From an uncultured Gammaproteobacteria bacterium (GTDB lineage Bacteria; Patescibacteriota; Patescibacteriia; SG8-24; DYFX01): a DNA stretch of 64,000 nt. The notes beneath the pieces are model-generated. The model worked only from the letters and a program-made list of their open reading frames with translations, was not told the origin of the DNA and searched no databases. Each line of letters begins with the position of its first letter. Within the stretch, counting starts at the first letter, position 1. A program made the position numbers and the translations under genes. Location: positions 4,471 through 68,470 of the forward strand of contig CAYOJH010000005.1 in NCBI GenBank assembly GCA_964404275.1. The letters are read 5' to 3'. Shown here one piece after another: positions 37,488 to 45,567 of the stretch.

Positions 37488-38159
37488 CTACGGAGCGACC
37501 CGAATGATGCCGCCGCCGCTGGCCGGATGGACGATGTGGCAGTTGTAGCCGCTACCGGATCCGCCGACGACGAAGCGATCGGGCGTGCCGTCATCGACCG
37601 CGATGTCGGCCCAACGGACCGTGCCATCGGCGTAGATCAGCGCGATATTGAAGTTCTCCACTTCGGGAGCGAACTTCAGCACCATGCCGCTTTGACCGTC
37701 GGGATCGGGTTCGCCGAGCCAGGCGGTCATCGGCTTGCCGCAGCCGGACGGATACGGAACCTTCCAGAGATCGTTGCAGCTCGACATGACAGTCGAAGAA
37801 TCGAAGTCGCTGCCGTAGGCGATCCACTGCGGCGAGACGCCGGCCGGAGGAGCATCGAGCGCGCCGGCCGTGATCCAGCCGGAGAAATCGATGCGGCGCC
37901 AGATGATCCCGTTGCTGTCCGTGTCGAGCGAGCAAAGGAGCGACGGGTACGGCTGGCAGCCGGCCTGATCGGACGGGCCTTGCCCGGCAGCGCAGGTCAG
38001 CGCGGCGTCGGGCGCGGCGTCGATGATCGCTCCCCCGTCGCTTTGGCCGTCGACGACCGCATCGATGGAGCCGTCCGGTCCGCAGTCGCAGGGCACGCCG
38101 CCCGCTTGGAACTTGCAGGCGGCCACAACGAACGCAAGACCGATGAGAATGAGCTTCAT
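37488..38159 (-). CDS. Lipoprotein with DA/DG-rich linker and one copy of the neighbour's repeat domain
   Basis: Lipobox VAAC, IDAVVDG..DGG.IDAAPDA linker; SD AAGGAG. Confidence 0.82.
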   Translation of the reverse strand: MKLILIGLAFVVAACKFQAGGVPCDCGPDGSIDAVVDGQSDGGAIIDAAPDAALTCAAGQGPSDQAGCQPYPSLLCSLDTDSNGIIWRRIDFSGWITAGALDAPPAGVSPQWIAYGSDFDSSTVMSSCNDLWKVPYPSGCGKPMTAWLGEPDPDGQSGMVLKFAPEVENFNIALIYADGTVRWADIAVDDGTPDRFVVGGSGSGYNCHIVHPASGGGIIRVAP

Positions 38160-38226
38160 GACGTTTTCTCCTTCGTGCGGCCACTCTCGCCGTTCCCAAC
38201 ATGGGCGCGACGATGACCGACCGGCC

Positions 38227-38255
38227 AGACTATCCCAAAAACCGCGTTTTGTCAA
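38227..38255 (-). promoter_or_regulatory. Sigma70 promoter
   Basis: TTGACA-N17-TAGTCT. Confidence 0.65.
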
Positions 38256-38275
38256 GGTTCTCGGGGCAAAAAGAA

Positions 38276-38303
38276 GAACCCTGATCTGACGAGACCAGGG
38301 TTC
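38276..38303 (-). terminator. Terminator of the 39999-38331 two-gene unit
   Basis: GAACCCTG...CAGGGTTC followed by TTCTTTTT on the minus strand. Confidence 0.6.
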
Positions 38304-38330
38304 GGAGCTGAGGACGGATGGACGAACGCG

Positions 38331-38867
38331 TTACATGTTGCCGAGCGGCGTGGGCGTGTGGCCCGCGACGCGCTGCAGCTTCATGGCGCAGCTGTGGTCG
38401 GCGCCGCACGTGCGGTACGGGCCGGCCGCTCCCATCGCGGGGAACGTGCTCAGGCCGTACTGCATCCAGCAGTGCGGGTTGGTGAGATCGGTGCACTGCG
38501 AGACGGTGAGCTCGCAGTCGCTGGCCGTACCCGCGAGGTACAGACGCCACCAGCCGTTGGTGTTCAGCTGGGCGGTCTTCTTGGCGCCGCTCCAGTACTC
38601 GTTGACGCTCTCCGAGGGGCAGGCGCCGACCCAGGTGGGCGTCAGCGAGGTGTCCGCGTCCATGTCGGCCGGGTTGCACTCGAAGTAGTCGCCGACGGAG
38701 TCTTTGCCGCCGCGGCAGGCCCAGGCGGCCGACTCGGGCGGAGGCGTCTCGTCGCTGCCGGCGGTCATGCCGGCGTCGGTCTCGGTCGTGCCGCCGGCGG
38801 TGCGTTCGGCGCAGGCGGCGAAGGTCAGGGCGAGGAGGCAGAACGAAGCGATCGTGATGGTCTTCAT
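38331..38867 (-). CDS. Cys-rich lipoprotein of unknown function
   Basis: Lipobox FAAC, TDAG..AGSD linker, 8 further Cys; SD AGGAG. Confidence 0.82.
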   Translation of the reverse strand: MKTITIASFCLLALTFAACAERTAGGTTETDAGMTAGSDETPPPESAAWACRGGKDSVGDYFECNPADMDADTSLTPTWVGACPSESVNEYWSGAKKTAQLNTNGWWRLYLAGTASDCELTVSQCTDLTNPHCWMQYGLSTFPAMGAAGPYRTCGADHSCAMKLQRVAGHTPTPLGNM

Positions 38868-38922
38868 GGGAATCTCCTGGAGAGGTGTGGTGGGAGACGC
38901 GGGCCGTGAACCGCGCTCCGAG

Positions 38923-39999
38923 TCACTTGAACTTGAAGGTCACGGTGCCCTGGCCGGTCGCGCCGGCCGCGAACTGCATGTTGCTGTCGTAGCCGTCGAA
39001 GCCGAGACCGACGCCAGCTTGGAGGCTGAAGTCGAAATTCGAGCTGTCGACGATCACGTACTTCAGGCCGACGATCCCCAAGCCGGATTGCCAGAGGGCT
39101 TGATTGCCCTCCAGATTCCAGGCCTGGTACTGGACGCCGAGCCCGTATCCCAGGCGGCTATCGAGGCCGCGATGGAAGAGTTGGGCCGTCGCCACGACGT
39201 TGCGGTCGCGGTTCCAGGCCCAGGAGAGTCCGAACGAGAGCTCGACGGTGCCCGAGAGCCAGTAATCGACCTGCAGCTCCGGCGCCATGCTCAGTCCGTA
39301 CGGACGATTGTCCGTATAGATCGAGGCGGCGCGGAAGCCGAGACCGACTTGGATCTTGGTGTTGCCGTCGATGCCCGGGCGGCCTTCGCCGCCGTTCTTG
39401 CCGGGCAGGCCCGGGAGTCCCCGCTGGCCTTGCGGCCCGGGATCTCCCTTGTCGCCTTTGTCGCCCTTGCAGAGCGGCAGGCGATCCTTGATCTCGCTGT
39501 CGTCGAGCTTGCCGTTGCCATTCAGGTCGAAGCCGATCGGCAGCACGTAGCCGCCGTTCGTGCAGACCTTGCCGGGCGCGAGCGGCTCGTGGTCGCGCCA
39601 GACGATCTGGTGCGTGACCTTCACGGCGGGAGGCTTCGGTTCCGACTTCGGCTTGTGGCCGTCGCCGTGATCCTTGTCCTTCGTCGGCTTGTGGCCGGCG
39701 TCGTGATCGTCCTTCTTCGGCGGCGGCGCCTTCGGCTTCAGATCATCGTTCTTGCGAGCGTGATCCTTGAGCGCGTCGGGCGTCAGGCCTTTGAATTCCG
39801 GACACTGCGCGATCGCATAGTCGAGAATCATCTTCTCGTCCTGCTGGCAGGTGGCGTTCGCCGCCTGGCAGGTGGCCAGATCGAACGTGCAGGAATTCGG
39901 TGCGGCCGCCGGCGGATCGGCTGGACGAACCGGGTCGGCCGAGGCGAGGCCTTGGCCGGCCAGAAACAGGAGACATGAGAACATCAAGCGAGTCTGCAT
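38923..39999 (-). CDS. Secreted protein with collagen segment and predicted C-terminal beta-barrel
   Basis: Signal peptide ASA|D, C..GG...G.D.NGNG.LD..E motif, ~10 GXY triplets, eight alternating strands ending TVTFKFK; SD GAGGAGGTG. Confidence 0.82.
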   Translation of the reverse strand: MQTRLMFSCLLFLAGQGLASADPVRPADPPAAAPNSCTFDLATCQAANATCQQDEKMILDYAIAQCPEFKGLTPDALKDHARKNDDLKPKAPPPKKDDHDAGHKPTKDKDHGDGHKPKSEPKPPAVKVTHQIVWRDHEPLAPGKVCTNGGYVLPIGFDLNGNGKLDDSEIKDRLPLCKGDKGDKGDPGPQGQRGLPGLPGKNGGEGRPGIDGNTKIQVGLGFRAASIYTDNRPYGLSMAPELQVDYWLSGTVELSFGLSWAWNRDRNVVATAQLFHRGLDSRLGYGLGVQYQAWNLEGNQALWQSGLGIVGLKYVIVDSSNFDFSLQAGVGLGFDGYDSNMQFAAGATGQGTVTFKFK

Positions 40000-40080
40000 G
40001 ACTCACCTCCTCAAAATGTTGTTGTCCATCCGTTGTCGAAGATCGAACGCAGCGCCACGAACCTCCCCGCGGGACGCGGA

Positions 40081-40166
40081 AAGAAGCGCTGAAATCGCCC
40101 GACGGATTCCGGAAGACAAGGAGGAGGTGTCTCCCGGCCTCGCGTCGGGCGATTTCAAAGCTTCTT
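40081..40166 (-). promoter_or_regulatory. Long 5'-UTR hairpin with anti-SD loop
   Basis: Stems TGAAATCGCCCGACG/CGTCGGGCGATTTCA and CCGGGAGACA/TGTCTTCCGG; loop CCTCCTCCT. Confidence 0.7.
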
Positions 40167-40199
40167 CGGGCACGATCTGCCCATTCCAAAGAACTGGGG

Positions 40200-40228
40200 A
40201 GTATGCCAGGAATCCGGTGGTTTGTCAA
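40200..40228 (-). promoter_or_regulatory. Sigma70 promoter followed by boxA-like GTTCTTTGGAA
   Basis: TTGACA-N17-CATACT with TG extension. Confidence 0.7.
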
Positions 40229-40309
40229 GGCCATTCGCGACCCATCCGGTTTTAGGCCGAAAACGGCAAAAATCGGCTGTTTCCAGCCGATTTCATGGGG
40301 ATTTTTCGT

Positions 40310-40954
40310 TCAAAGCGGCGGGATGCCGCTGAAGCGGACTTTGCGGTGCCGGCGAGCCTCGCCGACGACCAGGTAGAGCGAGCTCAGCACGACGCCGATC
40401 ACGGCTCCCAAAAACGCGTTCAGCGGAACGTTGGGGCGGACCGGGAAACGCGATTGGAGCGGCGTGTCGACGAGCTGGATTTCCAAGTCGTGGCCGCCGA
40501 TGTACTGGTTGCCTTCCGTCGTCAGGACGAAGGCGATCGCGCGCGCGATTTCTGAAGCCTGATCCTTGTTCGTGTGGTAGACGGTGATCCCCAAAAATCC
40601 GGTCTGGTGCGTGACTTGCGTCGAGACCATGCGCTCCCATTGCGCGCGGCGCTTCGTTTCGTTGGGATCAAAGTAGCTCTTATCGATGTTGAAACCCGCG
40701 CTCGTGACCTTGTCGAAAAAAACCGAGGTGTAGATGATCTGGCTCAGATTGTCGGCGATGCTTTCGGCCGAGCGGATGGCGGTGTAGGGATCGAGGTTCA
40801 GGCTGGCCTTCTGGATGATCAAGAGACGCATCGTCGAAGAATACTCGAGCGGGCGCACGAAACTCAGCGCCGCGGCGAGCACCATCGTCACGGCGGCGGA
40901 AACGGCGACCGTCTTCCAATGCCGTTCGAGGAGTTGCGTGATGTCCAAGGTCAT
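40310..40954 (-). CDS. Wzz/CapA-like polysaccharide co-polymerase
   Basis: Two terminal TMs, P.EYSST.RLLI, PVRPN...N...G...G motif. Confidence 0.8.
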   Translation of the reverse strand: MTLDITQLLERHWKTVAVSAAVTMVLAAALSFVRPLEYSSTMRLLIIQKASLNLDPYTAIRSAESIADNLSQIIYTSVFFDKVTSAGFNIDKSYFDPNETKRRAQWERMVSTQVTHQTGFLGITVYHTNKDQASEIARAIAFVLTTEGNQYIGGHDLEIQLVDTPLQSRFPVRPNVPLNAFLGAVIGVVLSSLYLVVGEARRHRKVRFSGIPPL

Positions 40955-40969
40955 ACCTCCGGCTTCAGT

Positions 40970-42100
40970 TTACCTCTTTTCCCCGTCGAGTGTCACATCG
41001 ACCGAGCGCTCGGCGCCGTCCTTGAGGACGTCGAAACGGATCTTGGCGCCCGGCTCCTTTTCGGCGATGACTTCGGCCAGATCGCGGCCGCCGGAGAGAT
41101 CCTGCCCGTCGGCACGCAAGAGAATGTCGCCTTCCTGCAAGCCGGCGCGGTCGGCGGCCGATCCCGGACGGACGGCCGGCAGGCCGAGCGCGCGCGAACC
41201 GGTCAAGCGCTCCCCTTTCAAGTCGCCGAAGCCGCCGGCCGAGAGCGAGATCTCTTCCAACGTCAGGTAGTTCACGCCGAGCTGCGCTCGCGCGGGCATC
41301 TGGCCGTGGAAGATCTGGGAGAGGACCGGGCGGAACAGGTGTGTCGGCACGAACGCGTTGACGCCGTCTTTGCTCGTCACGACGATGCCGGCCAAGCTGC
41401 CGCCCGCGGTCAGCACGGCGCCGCCGGTCGCGCGAAGGCCCAGGACGCGGCCCAGCCGGAAGAGGCGCGAGAAGCGGTCCGCGCTCTGGAGCGCGGGAGC
41501 TGCCGCCTGGCGGCCGATCGGAACGGCGCCGGCGAACATGGTGCGGGCGAAGAGCGCGCTTTCATCCTGAACGTAGAGCGGCGTGCCGGAGCGTGGAGCG
41601 TCCGTGTCTTCGAAAGCGCTGACGGGAAGATCCGTCGCGTCGATTTTCAGGAAGACCAGGCCGGTGCGCGGATCGCTGACTTGCTGTTTCGGCTCGAGCA
41701 GGCGGCCGCCGACGGAAGCCAGCACCGCTCCGCCGCCGAGAGCGGATTGGGATGTCGCGAGCCAGCCGTCGGAAGTGATGACGGTCGCGTACCCGACCGC
41801 CTCCGAAGGAATGCGGGCGCGCAGCGAAAGATCGCCGCCGCCGATCGCGGCAGCCGCGCGGGCGTAGAGCCGCACGTTGACGCGCCGCAGCCTGTCGGAC
41901 AGATCGGCATCCTGCAGGGCCGCGCTGGCGGGCGCGGGCAGCTGCCCGATCTGGATCGGCTCGGCGATGGCGGCGGACCAGGAGGCGAAAGACGACTCGA
42001 CCACCAAGGCGGCGGCCAGGCCGGAAACCAAACCGAGCAAAGCCGGCACGAAGATCATCCGCGTCAGTTCGCTCCAGGAGATTTTTTTCTTGGAAAGCAT
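40970..42100 (-). CDS. HtrA-like trypsin+PDZ protein with degenerate catalytic triad
   Basis: TM, VITSDGWLAT, RATGGAV, GSLAGI, PDZ GSAADRAGLQEGDIL. Confidence 0.78.
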   Translation of the reverse strand: MLSKKKISWSELTRMIFVPALLGLVSGLAAALVVESSFASWSAAIAEPIQIGQLPAPASAALQDADLSDRLRRVNVRLYARAAAAIGGGDLSLRARIPSEAVGYATVITSDGWLATSQSALGGGAVLASVGGRLLEPKQQVSDPRTGLVFLKIDATDLPVSAFEDTDAPRSGTPLYVQDESALFARTMFAGAVPIGRQAAAPALQSADRFSRLFRLGRVLGLRATGGAVLTAGGSLAGIVVTSKDGVNAFVPTHLFRPVLSQIFHGQMPARAQLGVNYLTLEEISLSAGGFGDLKGERLTGSRALGLPAVRPGSAADRAGLQEGDILLRADGQDLSGGRDLAEVIAEKEPGAKIRFDVLKDGAERSVDVTLDGEKR

Positions 42101-42104
42101 GAGA

Positions 42105-42890
42105 TCAAACCCAACGGGCGGTGAGGAGTATCAAGGCCAGCGCCAGGCCGGCATAGAGCGCGTATTTGCGGACGAGACGCGTCGGGATCGTTTCGGCCGC
42201 GCCCATCGGCAACAGATTGGCCGCCAGGTAATAGACGATGCCGACGACGGCGCCGCCCACGAACATCGAGGTCGGCAGGCTGAGGGCGACGACGTAGGTT
42301 TCGGCGACGATCAGCGCGGCCAAGAGCACGCGCGATCGCGGCCGCTCGCACGTTTCGGTGCAGGCCAGGAACAGATGCCAGCTCCAGAGCAGCGCGATCG
42401 CGACGAACGGAGGGATCGTCCACCAGGCCGTGATCGGCAGGAAGGCCGGCACGCCGATGCCGACGGAAGCGATCAGAAACAGCGAGCCGATGTTGACCAT
42501 CCTGGCGAATTCGGAAATCGACAGGCGCTCTTCCGGATCGTGCGAGAGATCCTCCCGGCGGACATGCTCGAGGAAGAGATAGAGCACGAGCGCGAAGAGA
42601 GCGATGAACCAATGCCGCGGCGCCACCAGGTCGAGGAACAGAAGCGAGGCGATAGTGGAGATGGCGATCATCAGCACGGCCGGCGCCGCCACGGGCGTCA
42701 GGCGGCTCCGCAGCTTGCCGTGCACGAGCGCGAAAAAGCAGGTCAGGATCCAGGCGGCGTTGACGGCGCTCCAGAACAGGAAATCGTGGGTGCGGTCGAT
42801 CGAAATTTCGCTGAGCGCGATGAAGCCGCCGGCGCCCAGGAACGGCACGGCCAGCGCGAGCTTTTCGAGCGTGAGCAGGAAGCGGCGCAT
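42105..42890 (-). CDS. Polytopic membrane protein
   Basis: 261 aa, ~8 TMs, coupled in the operon. Confidence 0.75.
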   Translation of the reverse strand: MRRFLLTLEKLALAVPFLGAGGFIALSEISIDRTHDFLFWSAVNAAWILTCFFALVHGKLRSRLTPVAAPAVLMIAISTIASLLFLDLVAPRHWFIALFALVLYLFLEHVRREDLSHDPEERLSISEFARMVNIGSLFLIASVGIGVPAFLPITAWWTIPPFVAIALLWSWHLFLACTETCERPRSRVLLAALIVAETYVVALSLPTSMFVGGAVVGIVYYLAANLLPMGAAETIPTRLVRKYALYAGLALALILLTARWV

Positions 42891-42891
42891 G

Positions 42892-43941
42892 TCAGCGGTT
42901 CGTTTTGACGAAATGCAGCGCGTCGGTCAGCAAGATGCCGATGACCATCGCGACCGGAATGGCCAAGAGCGCGCCGAGCAGTCCCGCCACTTTGACGCCG
43001 ATCAAAAGCGCGAAAATGCTGACGATCGGATGAAGGCCCGTCACGCGCTGCATGACCTTCGGCACGAGGATGTGGCTTTCGGTCTGCTGGATCACGAGAT
43101 AAATGACGGCGACCAGCAGTCCCTTGAGCGGCGAGTCGGTCAGCGCGATCAGGATGCCGGGGATGGCCGCGAAGATCGGGCCGACGTACGGGATGGCTTC
43201 GGCCAGCATGGCGGTCAGCGCCAGCACGAGCGCGTATTTCACGCCGAGGATCTTGAGCGCGATGTAGACGGACGTGCCGACGATGCCGCCCAAGATCAAT
43301 TGGCCGCGCGCCCAGCCGCCGATGCTTTTCTCGATGCGCTGGAAGAGATCGACCAGGTAGGGCTGATACGGTTCCGGCGCGACCGTGCGGAAGAGCTTCT
43401 TCAGCGCATCTTCGGACACGACCAGATAGAACGCGACGACCAGCACGATGACCAGCGAAACGAAGCCCTTGGCGATCCCGCTGATCGTGGCGACGACGCC
43501 GACCGCGGCGACTCCCAGGCTGCCCGAAGCGTTGCCGATCGCCTGGCGGAGGTGGTCTCCCAAATCATGCGCGGCGATGAAATCCCGGAGCGGGCCGAAG
43601 GTCGAAAGCAGGCGCGACCAGATCGCGTCGGCATTCATGACGAGATCGCGCGTTTCGTACATCACGGCCGGCACGAGCGTCGTGATCACGGCGCCGATGA
43701 TCAGCAGGATGATCGCGTAGAGCAGGAGCACCGCCAGTCCGCGCGACATCCGCTTCGATTGGAACCAGGAAGCCAGCGGATTGATGATCGAAGCCAGGAT
43801 CAGCGAAACGAAGAACAGCGCGATGATGTCGCGGATGAGATACAGGAAGCCGCAGGCCAGCAGGAAAACCGCGACCTTCACGATGGTGACGGTCGAAATG
43901 GTGATGACCTGAGGCTGGCGTTCCGCGCCGTTTTCCGGCAT
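42892..43941 (-). CDS. AI-2E (PerM) family transporter
   Basis: GWARGQLI, IPYVGP, QQTESHILVPKVM, GLHP, GALLAIP. Confidence 0.92.
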   Translation of the reverse strand: MPENGAERQPQVITISTVTIVKVAVFLLACGFLYLIRDIIALFFVSLILASIINPLASWFQSKRMSRGLAVLLLYAIILLIIGAVITTLVPAVMYETRDLVMNADAIWSRLLSTFGPLRDFIAAHDLGDHLRQAIGNASGSLGVAAVGVVATISGIAKGFVSLVIVLVVAFYLVVSEDALKKLFRTVAPEPYQPYLVDLFQRIEKSIGGWARGQLILGGIVGTSVYIALKILGVKYALVLALTAMLAEAIPYVGPIFAAIPGILIALTDSPLKGLLVAVIYLVIQQTESHILVPKVMQRVTGLHPIVSIFALLIGVKVAGLLGALLAIPVAMVIGILLTDALHFVKTNR

Positions 43942-43992
43942 AGTTCGTTGGAAATGTAGCACGGAAAGGCTACACTGACCAGGGCATTCCTT

Positions 43993-44445
43993 ATGAACGA
44001 GAGCATCGCCTCGAACGACAACGTCCGGCACGATTACGAACTCCTCGAGACGATGGAGGCGGGCTTGGTGCTCTCCGGACAGGAAGTCAAATCCGCCAAG
44101 ACGGGCCACATGAAACTCAAGGGCGCGCACGTGGCCTTCAGCCGCGGCGAAGCCATGCTGCTCGGCGCCCGGATCGCGCGCTATCCGAAGGCCGGACCGC
44201 TCCCCGGCTACGATCCCGAACGCTCGCGGAAATTGCTCCTGCACAAGAAGGAATTGAATCGATTGCGCGGAAAACGCGAAGAAGAAGGGTTGACGATCGT
44301 GCCGATTCGTGCTTATATGAAGGGCGGCCGCATCAAGATCGAGATCGCCGTCGCGCGCGGCAAGAAGCACTACGAGAAGCGCGAAGCGATTAAAAAACGC
44401 GACCTCGACCGCGAGGCGCGCAGCCGGATGAAGATCCGGCGATAA
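43993..44445 (+). CDS. smpB: SsrA-binding protein
   Basis: EAGLVLSGQEVKS, RKLLLHKKE, ARGKKHYEKRE. Confidence 0.97.
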   Translation: MNESIASNDNVRHDYELLETMEAGLVLSGQEVKSAKTGHMKLKGAHVAFSRGEAMLLGARIARYPKAGPLPGYDPERSRKLLLHKKELNRLRGKREEEGLTIVPIRAYMKGGRIKIEIAVARGKKHYEKREAIKKRDLDREARSRMKIRR

Positions 44446-44482
44446 GTTCCCGAGGAGAGCTCCGCCACGCGGCATTCCTCTC

Positions 44483-44887
44483 GGGGATGTATAGATTCGA
44501 TGGAGTTCGTTCTCAATTCGCGCAGGTTGACGGCGCCCGCCCGTCATAAATCACCGGGCAAACGACTACGTGCCAACGTTTTCGCAAAAGCCAAGGCCGC
44601 GTTCGCTCGCGCGTTCGCGCCGTCCTTCGCTCCGGTCTTCGCCTAAGCGCGACTGACCCATCGCCCGTCGACATCTTCTAGACGGATCCCGGTGTCATAA
44701 GAAGGTCCGCCGCATGTTCCGCCGAGAGGCATGCGATACGGTTGGATCCAGGCACGGACGCATGCCACTCGTCGCCTCTATGCATGCGCTCCGGTCCCGC
44801 TTGCGGGAAAACCCGAGACGACTACGCCTGTAGTGCGGATTGTCCTACTTCCTCCAGACCCGGGTGCGAATCCCGGCATCTCCACCA
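44483..44887 (+). ncRNA. ssrA: tmRNA
   Basis: 5' GGGGATG pairs with 3' CATCTCC-ACCA (G3:U), T-arm CCGGGTGCGAATCCCGG, tag ORF 44572-44646, directly after smpB. Confidence 0.93.
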
Positions 44888-44888
44888 A

Positions 44889-44923
44889 AAAAAATACCCC
44901 ATCCTCGCGATGGGGTATTTTTT
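44889..44923 (+). terminator. Terminator after ssrA
   Basis: AAAAATACCCCA...TGGGGTATTTTT. Confidence 0.75.
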
Positions 44924-44940
44924 GGTATACTTCATTCACT

Positions 44941-45174
44941 ATGAACCCCGCACGCCTCACGACCGATCAGATCAAGAAGCTCGTCTACGGCATCGAGAGC
45001 CTGAACCAGGAGCAGCGCGGATTGATCACCGAACTGCTCGAGCGCCTGGCGGGCGGGCATGATGGTCATGTCTATCCGCTGGACCTGCAGAAAGAGCTCT
45101 GGCGCTTGCGCGACGCGCACCAGCTCTCCGACATCGACGTCAAAGCCGTGACGCGCGCGGTCTTCGAAGCCTGA
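44941..45174 (+). CDS. Small hypothetical protein
   Basis: 77-aa helical ORF; TGG-TATACT 9 nt before ATG; terminator after. Confidence 0.65.
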   Translation: MNPARLTTDQIKKLVYGIESLNQEQRGLITELLERLAGGHDGHVYPLDLQKELWRLRDAHQLSDIDVKAVTRAVFEA

Positions 45175-45178
45175 ACGA

Positions 45179-45210
45179 AAAAAGACCCCGACGTTCGTCG
45201 AGGTCTTTTT
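45179..45210. terminator. Bidirectional terminator
   Basis: AAAAAGACCCCGAC...GTCGAGGTCTTTTT. Confidence 0.65.
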
Positions 45211-45220
45211 CTTGCGCGAT

Positions 45221-45418
45221 TTACGCGCGGCGGACGCCCGCGGCGCGGGGGCCCTTTTCGGACTGCTCGGTTTCGAAGGAAACCTTGTCGCCGACCTTCA
45301 GTTCGTCGAAGGTGACGTCGACGAGAGCTTCGGAGTGGAAGAAGACGTCTTTCGAGTTATCTTCCGGCGTGATGAAGCCGAAACCCTTCTCCGTCAGGCG
45401 CTTGATGGTGCCGTTCAT
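45221..45418 (-). CDS. Cold-shock protein
   Basis: KGFGFI (RNP1), DVFFH (RNP2), KGPRA; promoter TTGACA-N17-TACTCT at 45501-45529. Confidence 0.95.
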   Translation of the reverse strand: MNGTIKRLTEKGFGFITPEDNSKDVFFHSEALVDVTFDELKVGDKVSFETEQSEKGPRAAGVRRA

Positions 45419-45567
45419 ACGTTCGTTGAGACATGAATAATCGCAAACCACTTTGGCGGAAATTCGTGTGAATCTCAACGCGTAGGTCGAGTGCAGCGAA
45501 AGAGTACCATCAAAAGCGGCTTTTGTCAACGCCCGGGCGCATGGACGCATGGTATGATCAACGCGCT

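Noticed and set aside
44731-44940. N-terminal extension of ORF 44731-45174
   Set aside because: Overlaps tmRNA and its terminator; the likely start is 44941
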